A DNA stretch of 61,680 bases, the filler included, from Choristocarpus tenellus KU-1152 (Eukaryota; Protista; Phaeophyceae): assembly GCA_964200185.2 (NCBI GenBank). It is 12 parts of 12 records of this genome, joined end to end, with 100 filler letters (N's around TTAATTAATTAA, not from the genome) between each part and the next. Parts side by side here need not be neighbours in the genome. Positions count along the whole stretch, not along the records: positions 1 to 3,564 come from CAXNAD020019235.1; positions 3,665 to 7,171 come from CAXNAD020019562.1; positions 7,272 to 12,181 come from CAXNAD020012568.1; 9 more parts are not named here. One strand, written 5' to 3'. Below the pieces are notes generated by a model. The model made no database searches. It worked only from the letters and a program-made list of their open reading frames with translations, and was not told where the DNA came from. Below are positions 1 through 11,300 of the stretch, piece by piece. The stretch's first letter is position 1. Every line of letters starts with the position of its first letter. A program made the position numbers and the translations under genes.

Positions 1-299
1 GTGTTGCGTTGTGCAGGTGTTTGAAGGGTCGTGGGGTGTGGGGGGGGGGGGGGGGGGGGGGTGTCATGCAAACACTCTTGACACATGATGAGCACTTCAA
101 ATTATAACTAACATTATGCTCATATGTGAAGGACACTAGTCCAGGCATGACCTCTCCCACTGACATCTGTTGGAACATGTTGGAGCATGTTGGAGCACCT
201 CAGTAAAAAAAATATAAAAAAGAGTGATAATGGGGTCGATGAACAGCATTAACAAAATATCGACCCTTATTTCAGGAACTTTTTTTTTCCTTGTTCATG

Positions 300-415
300 G
301 TCAAGGTTTATATTTGGTTATATTTGGTTTATATTTGGGGTATATTTGGTTTATATTTGGGGTATGTTTGGTTAATACTTGGTATATATTTGGTTTATAT
401 TTGGTTTATATTTGT
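300..415. repeat. 11-bp minisatellite (TATATTTGGTT)n, about 10 degenerate units
   Basis: Repeated tatatttggtt/tatatttgggg units; explains the spurious GLYLVYI ORFs. Confidence 0.9.
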
Positions 416-562
416 AACACAAAAAAAACATTACTTTTTCTCCTCTTTAAAAATCCCTCTTCATCTATCCATTCGGACTCATCACCCGATCAGTCCACTA
501 TACAAGAAAAAAAAAAATGGTGAAAAGATTATATTATTGGGGCACCTTCAGGGTAAATAATG

Positions 563-2050
563 AGGGTTAGGGTTAGGGTTAGGAACGGAGTAAGAACGAA
601 GATCCCTGTGAGCAGACAAGACAGACACAGAAGGTTGGAGGGACACATCCATGTCTTACCTTCAGTCCAGGTGATGGTATCAGGCTCAAACAAAAGCTGA
701 CAATACCCACAATCATCCGGTGGAGGGGTCGCATCGGGTTGAAGTTTGGACCGCCTCCTAACACACGTAGAAAACCCACTGCAGCAAATATGACACCCAC
801 TTGAAATCGTGCGTTTCTTGCAGACTCCTCCAGAGGGATGTCGCCTGAAGCATTTGTGATGCATGTATTTTTGTGTGTGAAGAACTTAGGGTTAGGGTTA
901 GGGTTAGGGAAATGAGCTAAATTCGTTTCATTTCTTGTTACTCAATAAAAAAAATATATAGTGCCTCAAGGATAGGGTTAGGGTTGGGGGAGTGGGGGGG
1001 GGGGAGGTGAAGAAAAAATAGAGATTATTGTTAGGGTTAGGGATGTACTGGTTAATGAGTCCTGATGCTAAGGCCAGGGGTTTTGTAGAGAATGTCAGGG
1101 TTGAAAATGTTGGAGACAGGTATAGGTTTAGGGGTGTAGAGTGGTCAGAGATGTTTAGGAATGGGGTTAGGGAAGTACATTAAATTAATAGTATAATGTT
1201 GTATGGGATATAGGGTTAAGGATGTCAAGTATAAATATGATAGGTCTAGGTGTCGAGAGATTTAAACTACAACCTGTGGGGAAGGTTAGGGTTAGGGATA
1301 TATAGGGAATGGGTTAGGGTTAGGGCTAAAGGCATCTTAAGAGTTAGAGCAATTACATGAATAAAACAGTCCAGTGGGTTGAGATTGTAAAATCAGGAAT
1401 ATTTTCAAGCTCCCGATTTCTGGGGAGATTCGAATCCCACACGAAGTCCCACAATAACGCCTTTTCAAAAATGAACAATGGAAACACAGTACTACTAATC
1501 ATCAACACCAGAACAGATAAAACCACTACATACCAGTGTAAATGTACGACGATGTCACCTTGGACAACTAAGCAACCAACATTTGCGTACCCCTATGAGA
1601 TCTTACGCCAAGCACTAAAACACAATAGTAAAGGTTGATGGGGTTAGGGCCGAAGGGTGTACACAAACAGGCGGTTTCAACAGAAGCACAGTTACTTCTT
1701 TACTTTCATCAAAGGCAGTTAACAGTTAACAGTTAACACCTGTCCAGTTCACATCACAATTGCAAGTTGTGGCGGCAAGTCCATTCACCTCACTGACTGC
1801 CGGCGGTTAATTGATCACTATCTATCTCTTCAACTCAAAGTTGTTCACACATAGGATGGGTCTTGAATAACAGGGGTGAGGAGGGGGAGAGGTCATGGAT
1901 GACAAGCTCGAGGTATTTCAATATTAATAGATGCATTTCTACATAACTTAGATCTGGTGTATGATCCTTTGGATGAGTCTATAGAAATCGTTGAGCAGGA
2001 AAGATACCTGGAGAGGGTTAGCGTCAGACTTAGGGTTAGACTTAGGGTTA
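563..2050 (+). repeat. Dispersed interstitial telomere-like (TTAGGG)1-4 clusters in AT-rich spacer
   Basis: gggttagggttagg runs at about 563-582, 887-909, 974-986, 1030-1042, 1284-1326 and 2030-2050. Confidence 0.8.
660..844 (-). CDS. Isolated internal exon of an unidentified protein with two hydrophobic segments (DIPLEESARNARFQVGVIFAAVGFLRVLGGGPNFNPMRPLHRMIVGIVSFCLSLIPSPGLK)
   Basis: Minus-strand acceptor gcttcag| and donor AAG|gtaaga flank a 185-nt open frame that is more GC-rich than its flanks. Confidence 0.5.
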
Positions 2051-3564
2051 AGAGTAAATGTTCACTTTGACCTTAACTGCAGAAACATAAACAAAAAAAA
2101 GAGAAACGCTCAGTTCCTACCTACCCTTCCCAGCAAGGACTAACTTATTTATTGCATGACCTATCACATGACACAGCCCTTGATACCCTTTCTTGGCAAG
2201 TGTCAGGAAAGGGTACCACGGAGGGGTTGGAGCTATTCTAGAGATATTTTTCACAGCGAGTCAGCCAATAAGAAAGCTCCTTTCAACTCTCGGCTTATAA
2301 TTTTTTTCTTAAATCCAACATTTCCAAAGTCAATAATCCACCATACATATATTTATCAAACCCATGAAGACCTAGCCTAGATTAAAGCGTCAAACTTTGT
2401 AACAAAACAAAAAGCAGAGCGCGTTTGAACTATTCCACCTACCAAGTACCAAGTACCAAGTAACATCAAAAATTAAACTCCTCAAAACCTTTCAAGACAC
2501 TTAGTACACTTAGTTTGCCCTGTAACCAGTATTTCCACACACACTAAAGCGGTGTTTTTATTGTTCTACAATGGAAGCAACAAAAATGGAAGCAACAACG
2601 ACGCAACAATGTGTCCTGCTCACTTACAGCCACAATCAGAGGGTACAATAAATCAATACACCACAACGGTACCATTTTCTATATAAAAAAATAAAAACCG
2701 ACAAAAAAACACAAAAAATACTTACAAGAAGTACAGCGTGGTACCTAAATTACTCCCTCACCAAGAAAGTACTCCCTCAACACCTCGGTTCCAGTCGGAA
2801 AAACACGCCTCTCCTCATCCCAGGACCAGCCAGGCGCACTACAAAACATGTACCACAATGCTCCATACAGAGCACTCTGCACAGTCCACGACCACTCCTT
2901 CCGGTCCCTGCCTTTGTACCTTCCTCGGTCCCCCCCCCCTGGACCGGTTCCAAAGCGCTGCTGGATCCGGACCGATGCACGGTGCCGGTCCCTGTCAGAA
3001 CCGGTTCTGGTACCAGTATCTCCCCCTTCCTGCTGACGACGACAGCTTCGGTCCAGGCTACTCACAAAATTGGAAAGCAAGACCACGGCAGCCCCCGTCA
3101 CACAACCACCCAAGACACCGGCGGCAGCAAGTACCAAGGGGACCACGGTCCCAACAACTGAGGAGGTCAGACCATCAGCAGCGAGGACGGCGGGAGGGTC
3201 ACCCAAGTTTTCAGGTGTTGAAGAAGGGAGTTCAAAGGTCCGGAGGGCATTAAAGGTGACAACAGTGGCAAGAGAGACCGAATCGCACACGGCTGCAGCC
3301 CTCAGCATTTCCGTGAGTGCAAGGAGGGGGAAGTGGACCTGGCAAAGGTGGAGGGACACAACGAGGTGTGGATTGACAGAAGGGACAAAAGGGACAGAAG
3401 GGACAGAAGAGACACATAAATACGCCTGATATCACGAGAAAACTGATATATATATATTTTTTTAAGATGTCTGTCGTAGGGTTTAAAAAAAAAAAAAAAA
3501 AATGGAGGGCATGTTGGGCCAAGGTGAACGTCATCCTTCTTTCTGTGGGAGGGGGGGGAGAGGG

Positions 3565-3664
3565 NNNNNNNNNNNNNNNNNNNNNNNNNNNNNNNNNNNN
3601 NNNNNNNNTTAATTAATTAANNNNNNNNNNNNNNNNNNNNNNNNNNNNNNNNNNNNNNNNNNNN
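3565..3664. other. Artificial contig linker 44N-TTAATTAATTAA-44N; also at 7172-7271, 12182-12281, 16056-16155, 23270-23369, 29302-29401, 32027-32126, 36504-36603, 39884-39983, 42514-42613, 55699-55798
   Basis: Eleven identical 100-bp blocks whose core has stop codons in all six frames. Confidence 0.97.
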
Positions 3665-4136
3665 CAGATACTTTGAGGCAGGGGCCTGCCTTATTATTAT
3701 GTAATATGGTGTCTCACATTTTATCATGTGTTACGGAAAAAGCAAAGCAGTATCATAATGTACACAACACAGTATATGTACGTACTACTTCATATACAAG
3801 TGAGAGTTTGTTGTAGCATATTAAATAGTACGTACGTAGGGGGCGTCCTGGGAGAGGGGTTTCTCGGAATAACCATATTTTCGAACATGTGTTATACCGA
3901 TACGGGGATTACTGTGCCTCAACGGTCTATCCTCTGTCCTCTCTTCATTTGTGTGTGGCAATCACTTCGAACCCACCTCTCCTTTTTCCATCTACCAATT
4001 ACCAAGGGGAAGTGGGTCATGATGATCTAGGGGTGGTCATTTGAATCCCCCAGCGAATAGAAGAAGTTTTGAATATTGATCAACCGAAGTCAAGAGACTC
4101 AGTTCAGGGGTAGTACCTGGTGACTGTTCTATAGAG

Positions 4137-6907
4137 ATGGACCCCTCGTTGGTCATCTCCCTTGCTTACGCCGTCTCTCGCATCCCCGCTGAAGTAAAGG
4201 TAAATCAGGCACAATGTAACCTTCTTGTGGAGCGGGTGCTGATGCTTTCGAAGCATATGGAGAGGATGCAACAGGGGAGTCTTGACAAAAGGCTTGGGAC
4301 GGCACACCAGGTACGTTCGAGGGCTCATAAAGGGTGCAGTGATTGTAGGAGGAAGGAGTGGTAATCGAAGCCGAGGATTTCTCGCAACGATACGAACAGA
4401 CAAGCGACGATTTGAACACTCTATAACCTGGCATGGGACAAACCATTGACTGCTGACTCGGTCTCCAGGAAGCTCTAGTGGAAGTCCACGACCTACTCTG
4501 TGAGTGCCGAGACTTTATGCAGACTTTCATTGATTCCTCCTGGATGACAAAGGCGCTCTACCGCACGACGCACAATGAGAAGTTTGGCTCCTTGCACAGC
4601 AAAATCACCTACATGCTACAGGTACCAAGAACGTGTATGCCTGTTGAAAGAGATCTAGAAGGGAGGCTACTCTCAATCATGTTTCCCCGATTAATTCCAT
4701 TTAAGCGAATTGCTGAATCACAACATCTAATCTCCAGAGACCATTTAGCTTTATTTATGCGCATATAAGGACACTTAGGCACTTCGTCCTTTGGAATGCC
4801 AGGGATGAGATACACACCTCAAATTGACATGGAGGTTTTCAGGATCTGCTCCCATGATCACCCGTTACGACCTATCGACGTTTCTGTTTATCGATTGTCG
4901 GTCGGATACAGATGCTCCACATGGAGATCGACTATCAATCGCTGGCCACTAGAAGAATGCAGGCGGAAGCTGTCGACCTTGCTGACATGGAGAAGGAACT
5001 CCAGAAAATGGCTACAAATATGGAGGTGCAGGATGGAAAGGAACTCTCACCTGTGGGCCTCTTACATTCAACTATTGGGAGAACGGTGTTTGAGTGAAAT
5101 TTTCTGTACCATCAGTGCTTTTATCTCAGGGGAGGAGGAGGGAGTATATGGTCTTCTGTAGGCACGGGGGGAGGGGTGGTTTGTACGCGGATTGTCGTTA
5201 TTTTGTAAATGCGGTCAAATATACTGTTCTACAGGTTCGTAGGAATGGATGATCTCCATGCACATTAGTTCCTTCATTTGGAGGTAAAGACATTGTGGCA
5301 CTTGCCTGCTGATGTACATCACAATGAGTCCTAGCCTAGAATGAACGTTTCCTTCTATTACTCCTGAAATGAACAAGCCTAGTCGACCTAAAACACTACA
5401 CGATCCTCTAACCACTGCGAGCAGAAGCTGGAACACTCGGTGACGACCTTGACTGAGGAAGGGCACAAAAAGCATGTGGAGGTTATGTCTGCCCTTCAAA
5501 ACCTACGTATATATCGACGAACATTTGACCAAGAACAGCTTCAGGAGTGAGTGCAGGCAATATCATCATGTGTGCCTTCCCAAACCCTACTACTACTTCC
5601 TAATGCTTACCCTAATTCTAAGCCTATAATACAGCATCACATCCAAAGTTCCCCGAACAATAGCTGTGCTGATCGGCTTTGAGACTTCAGCGACTTTTTT
5701 TTCTGTTTTTAGTGGTGTGAAAAATGCATGGGATTGGACGGCAATCGCCTCCTTTTTTTTTGTCCTGATTGATTCCAAAACCTCATTTATACAAGTAGAG
5801 TTAACTTGCCATGTCATCCAATTTTTTCCGCCACACCCTCATCAAGCATCCGCCTTTGCATGTACCGTCAACACCATGTATCAGTACACAAGACTTACCC
5901 CTATGCCCAGAGCATTTCTTCCGTTCTCATCCCCCCTCCCCTACCCCACCACGGTCTACAACTCTACTGCACACACACACATATATATACATATTGTTTC
6001 CTCCTGCTCACCTCAATATGGTGCAAGGATTGCTGCAGCAGCTCGTGCCGGAGCAGTGGATGGTGCTTCTGCAACAGAGGGAGTGGTGGTGGGAGGGGTA
6101 GGAGGAGGGGGAAGGGGAGGGGGGACGTCAGGGGGTGAAGGTTCTTCCTCATGCGCAACACACAACTGGCAGAGGAGGGTGCTAGTTGCACCTCCATTGC
6201 ACAAACAGGTTGTGGTCAACAACGATAACAAGGAAAAAAATAGACTTTGCCACGATAGCAACGAGGCTTCGTTAGTATCACCACCATCAGAAACCGTGAC
6301 CAAGCCCTCCCACCACCCTGATGCGAGAGCAGCGCCTGGGATGCTTTGTGAAAACCCAGGTCCAGACCTGGCAGGGACGCAACTCTTGCAAGCTGTAACG
6401 GGAACGGATACGAGTGTTGGAACTGGTGTGGTTACTGTTGGCGGAGCAGGTACGCCTCCTTCTTCTGCCAGGCCAACAGAGGAGAACAGCGCTGCTACCC
6501 TTGATGGGAATGAACCTCATGATACTTCGGGAGGTGGAACAGGGACAAGGCGAGGATCAAGCGGTACGCCTTCTGGCCCATCGTGTCCTCGACGTCCTCC
6601 TCCCCCTCCCCCTCCTCCTTTGCCTATTCGACCGGGAAAACCCTTACTAGGGAAGAGTCGCGGGGCTGTGTTGAACGGCTCTGGGGCTGTGCTGAACGGC
6701 TCTGGGGCTGTGCAAAACAATGCTAGACAGAAGGTTTTGGAAAATATTCGTTCGTCCCCTGGTCTTAGGGGGCACAACAGACCCTACAGTCAGGGTATGA
6801 TCAAGATGAGGAGCGGGGGGGATTTGGTGGGTGGTGATGTGGGCGCTGTGCACCCTTACAGCAATTTGGGGGCTGGTGAAGGAGGGGCTAGGCGAGGAGA
6901 GTATGAG
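4137..6907 (+). CDS. MLKL-like N-terminal four-helix-bundle + brace protein, probably 3'-partial. Exons 4137-4310, 4469-4621, 4912-5025, probable microexons 5425-5439 and 5539-5546, then 6028-6907 (disordered, Gly/Pro-rich)
   Basis: GT-AG junctions are phase-compatible. The spliced N-terminus MDPSLVISLAYAVSRIPAEVKVNQAQCNLLVERVLMLSKHMERMQ...EALVEVHDLLCECRDFMQTFIDSSWMTKAL...EKFGSLHSKITYMLQMLHMEID...QAEAVDLADMEKEL aligns by eye with the MLKL N-terminal domain and brace helices. Confidence 0.75.
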
Positions 6908-7103
6908 GTGTGTGTATACGAACTAAGAGCTTAGTCTTGCGGTTGCCTACCTGACTGGGGAGGGGGGGGGAGGAAATAAGTTGTTAGGGTTAGGGTTAGG
7001 GTGACTATAGTGCCTTTCTTAATGATATGTGTAATAATACATGTACCAGTATACTTGAGTATGTAAATGACCCCAGAAAAACAACAGTAAGAATAGATGA
7101 ACT

Positions 7104-7171
<68 letters not shown>

Positions 7172-7271
7172 NNNNNNNNNNNNNNNNNNNNNNNNNNNNN
7201 NNNNNNNNNNNNNNNTTAATTAATTAANNNNNNNNNNNNNNNNNNNNNNNNNNNNNNNNNNNNNNNNNNNN

Positions 7272-7318
<47 letters not shown>

Positions 7319-7999
7319 CGGGGGCTCATAAAGTGGTGGGAATTGGCACTCATAAGTTGCTTGAACTAGGTCGGAAATTGAGGGTCCGAGGAGGCAGCCC
7401 AGGCGGTTATCATGCTCATCGCATTAGTCATTTCGTACCAAAAAAATACATTAGTTGTGACACAGAGATCATACACAGTAGCTCCTATTGAAAGAAGCCG
7501 TTCTCTTTCTTTATTGTCCTCAAGGAAGCTGCAGGCATTTTGTGTTTCACTGTAGCACTATCCGTGTAGAGTAGGAAATTTGTTGTCACGGAGCGAAAAG
7601 GAATGGGTCGGGAAAAAGCATTGTGCATACCAATGATCCTCCATTTACAAAGTGGTATAGATTTATTACCAGCTAAGGGCAGCGAGGTAGGGACAAATAA
7701 TGGGGCTGACAGGCGCAGAGAACGATAGGAAACAACAACCGTGCCTTGCCCCTACACGAATATACAATAGAGTTTCCCTGGTAAATAGATTACGGCAAAG
7801 CTTTCAACATCCCGCAGGTACTCCAATATCTGATAAAACTATTGTTATCCCCGACAGAGTCCTCGTTGTTCAAAGGTGGAGCAGTACCTGCTCAATGGTT
7901 GGTTCGCCGGTCTCCTCATCCACGGTAACGACAGTCACGACCAGGCATTTGAAGGCGGCCGTGTTCCATCCAATGAGATAACCTCTCCTCTGCCCTGAG

Positions 8000-10900
8000 C
8001 AAAAATGCATACGCATCACACGGGGAGAGAGAATCGTTTATGGTTGTGTGCCGGAGGTGCTACTGTTCATTTTGTAGGTCAATCTAGACCTAAGAACTCC
8101 AAACTTAAAGTGTCCTCCTGTTGACAACGACGAACTGTTCGTGCCTGGAAGCATGCGCTTGATCTGGGGGGCAACTATGCGAATATGCAAGTTTATGTCA
8201 ATAGGAGAAGTTTGCTTATTTCACAGCTGCCCCAGCCGAGATGTGATGAGAAAGGTACTGACGCTCTCGTGATTCTAGTAATCACGTAGATAACGTTCAT
8301 TAAACATTCGAAGGAGTCAATGGTCTGGGTTATTGATTTCGCCCACAGTATGTTGAGCTTATCAACCAGGATACCACAGACACATTGCTTCAGCACTGTT
8401 TCATCAATATTGGGTAACCTCAACCTCAAACGACAGTCGTTCTAGGTCAAGATTCGAGGGAGGAGAATAGTAGTCTCTGGAGTTTGGGTTTCACCAGGAG
8501 CACTTCGTTCCACCAAGAGACAAAAGTAGGCACTCAGACCAAGTAACCATGAGGGTTTTAAACAGCATATTTAATATTTCCAGGAGTTGAGTGGAAGATA
8601 TTAAACTGCATTAGACATCCGTAGCTATCCGAGCCAATCTCGACCTACAAATGATGAACCTTGCACTTCAGGCACTTGTCGGTCTCGGTTGGCCTACATA
8701 CACTCAAACAAGCCAAGATGGATACACCGCTGGTGGCAATGAGATATCAAGGCTATCATCGCTGACCCGCACTCCACCATACTCTAATCATTCAAAAATT
8801 GGTCTCATTGGAAGAGAAGGAAGAGGCAAGAGCAGGCAGGGTGAGCAACCATTACCACCAATGCCAGAGAAAAATACATAGCATACCGTACCCAGACTCA
8901 AGCAGTGCTCTGGCCAGAATATCTGTGACGTAAAACGGCTGGAGCCCCCAAAGCTCACATCTTGACTCATGTTCTTTTTGTTTACCTAGAGAAGTGGTGT
9001 TGTAGAACTTCAGAGTTTTTAAAAATTATTGCAGGGTTAGGGCTTTTGCTTGTGAACGGAGAATCAGGATTGTCAATGTTAGGTTGCAGTCTCAACAATG
9101 GAACGCTAGAGGACCCTAACCATTGGAGAGACGTCACAGGGATACCGGTCCAGTTGTTCTATGTGAAGTGCGAGCGCGATGACGTAGCTTTCGGTGCGAG
9201 TGGGTCTCAGCATATCTGTGGTAGACCTCACCGCAGGTCAACATCGTTCAACTTAGTCGAGACGAGGAACGGTCTAACTCAAGTTGCAACTTACAGACCA
9301 TGCTGACATCCTTTTCATCCATGTGGTCGGGGTGAGCTTTCAATTGGATGAGTTGGTTGGGAGACATTTTGGTGATACCAAGGTTCCTTTAGGCTATGCT
9401 TGACCTTGAGTAGAGGACAAAGGACTGAGCTCTCCGCTAGCTTCATGCTTTCGCCGACAGGCAAGACGACTACAGGTTGCCAGGATCACACTACAGGCTA
9501 ACACATTAATTTTTTGCAGGGTGGGGAGAGAGTGTTCTTTCCATAAGATCGTTGTCTACTTCACGCCGACAGAATGTCAATGACCCATTTCCATTTAACT
9601 TCGACCTCTCGCTCTTCATTTTCACCAACTCCCAGTTCTCTGGGTGTTGGTGACGACCCCAGTGGCTTCGAAATAGGAGAAGACGGGTGGAAAAGCTGGT
9701 CTCCCCCTAAGACACCACCACCCCAACAGCTCTCACACCGAAAACCCAACACCGACTCTATCAAAAATGTACCGAGCTCAGATTGGGAAGGACCCTCGAC
9801 CCTTGGCGAGGGAATCCCACTCACGTCTAGATTGATGGCTTCATTTCAAGGATCTCTGCTCAGCAGACGCTTGGGAAAGGGCAGGGGTAGGGGAAGGGGC
9901 AAGGGCAAGGGTTTAGACGGGGATGGCGATCGTGACTCCACTGCATCTATGCGGGCGTTAGAGCAGGGTGGAAAGGAAAATCTGTCTGCTGAGGTGAGAA
10001 GGGGCGGGGAAGAGAAACAGAAGAGAGAACCAGGTGTAATGCCTATATGGCAGGCAATATGAGGGGTGTTGTTGCTTACAATCGTGATCTTCCTCCACAT
10101 ATCTCCACCCAAACGCTCACTATAAGTCCAAGTCTCGAGAGGTTCCGTTTTCTGGGATCTTCTCTTTTTCCCTTTAAAATGACGTGTTTTTATCCTCAAG
10201 GAGAAAGGACCTTACCTAATCTTGCCACCCTTTCCCTATTATGTTGTGTTTCTCACTCCCCTCCATTTGCCCTTCAAGCCTTGCTCGAATTTTCGCCTGC
10301 ACATGTTGCAATGCAACAGTCCATCAACATACACGCAACCCACCCCCGCAACACCCCTGTCCTCCCCACAGCATTTGTTGGTCATCTTGGAAAGAGCACA
10401 AGAATATTGGTCACAACAGTGGTCAACAGATGAGGATGAGGATGATGACAGAAACAGTCCCCAAGGAGAGGACAGCATGGGTAAGAAGAACTTGGTGTCT
10501 CATGGAGTAGGAGGGTGGTCTGGTCAAGAGGGCCTGGGGGTGGGGCAGAGATATGGATTAGGACGCCGAGAGGGAATAGTGACATTAACACCACAGGCTG
10601 TTGAGCGGCTTACGGAAATCCTCCAGCTGCACCACTTTGTGTCTGAGCCAACAAGAACAAATGCTTCACTGCAGGGGACGGTTCCTGATAGGAGGTGGGA
10701 AGGAAGGGCGGTGATGAGGACAACGGCGGCAAGACTTCATGAGCTTGTCAGAGGCTGCTCGGGCCTGCGGGTACATAGGTGGGTCTGACGGGGGTAGGCA
10801 AGGCAGGGTGCACTTGGCCCGAGGGGAGAATGGTCCAGGAGGTATTGGTTTGACATAGTGTGCTAGAAGGAGGAGCCCCTTAAGCTCATTGTAGCTTCTT

Positions 10901-11300
10901 ATCCCTTCATGCCTTCTGAAATGCCTACTTGATCATGTTCTTGTCTCAGGTTGCAAATGATGCATGTTGCAGGCTTTCAATGTCGCGAACTAGTCCCACT
11001 AGAGTCTTGTCGCGGTTGTCGTCTCGATGGAAGGGGAGAGTAGCATGCTTGATGTTGCATTCTGGAATTTATTCTGCCCATCGAGTCTCAAGCGTTCTTG
11101 CTAGGATACAACTAAGCGTTGAACATTGAGCTATCGTGCACAAAATACTTGGCAATGTGCATGATGTCTTCCGTTGTCGAAGAACTGGGCTACATCTTCT
11201 GCCGTGAAAGTGTTGACATGTATGTTTTCTTCTGAAATGCCATCTCAAAATGATGGATCGAAGTTGTTATGGCACATGATAGCTTTACGATATTTTCTGT
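8000..11300 (-). mobile_element. Highly decayed Ty3/gypsy-like LTR retrotransposon relic
   Basis: Weak minus-strand remnants: RLPNIDETV (cf. YPLPRIDD), VLLVKPK, GHFKFGVL (cf. GLFEFLVMPFG), and an eroded zinc-knuckle-like stretch near 10800-10870. Many stops and frameshifts. Confidence 0.3.

Noticed and set aside
2738-3429. Overlapping GC-rich ORFs as a gene
   Set aside because: No recognisable domain or consistent splice sites; possibly a gag-like 5' relic (PKFSG), but unsupported.
3609-3620. TTAATTAATTAA as a biological motif (PacI site or piggyBac TTAA target)
   Set aside because: Always centred between two 44-N pads; it is an assembly linker.
5666-6027. N-terminal part of the 422-aa ORF as coding
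   Set aside because: Pyrimidine- and (CA)-rich intron-like sequence; better explained as the intron before the acceptor at 6027.
9561-10788. Cluster of 100-190-aa ORFs as host genes
   Set aside because: Low-complexity, open on both strands, and inside a probable decayed retroelement.
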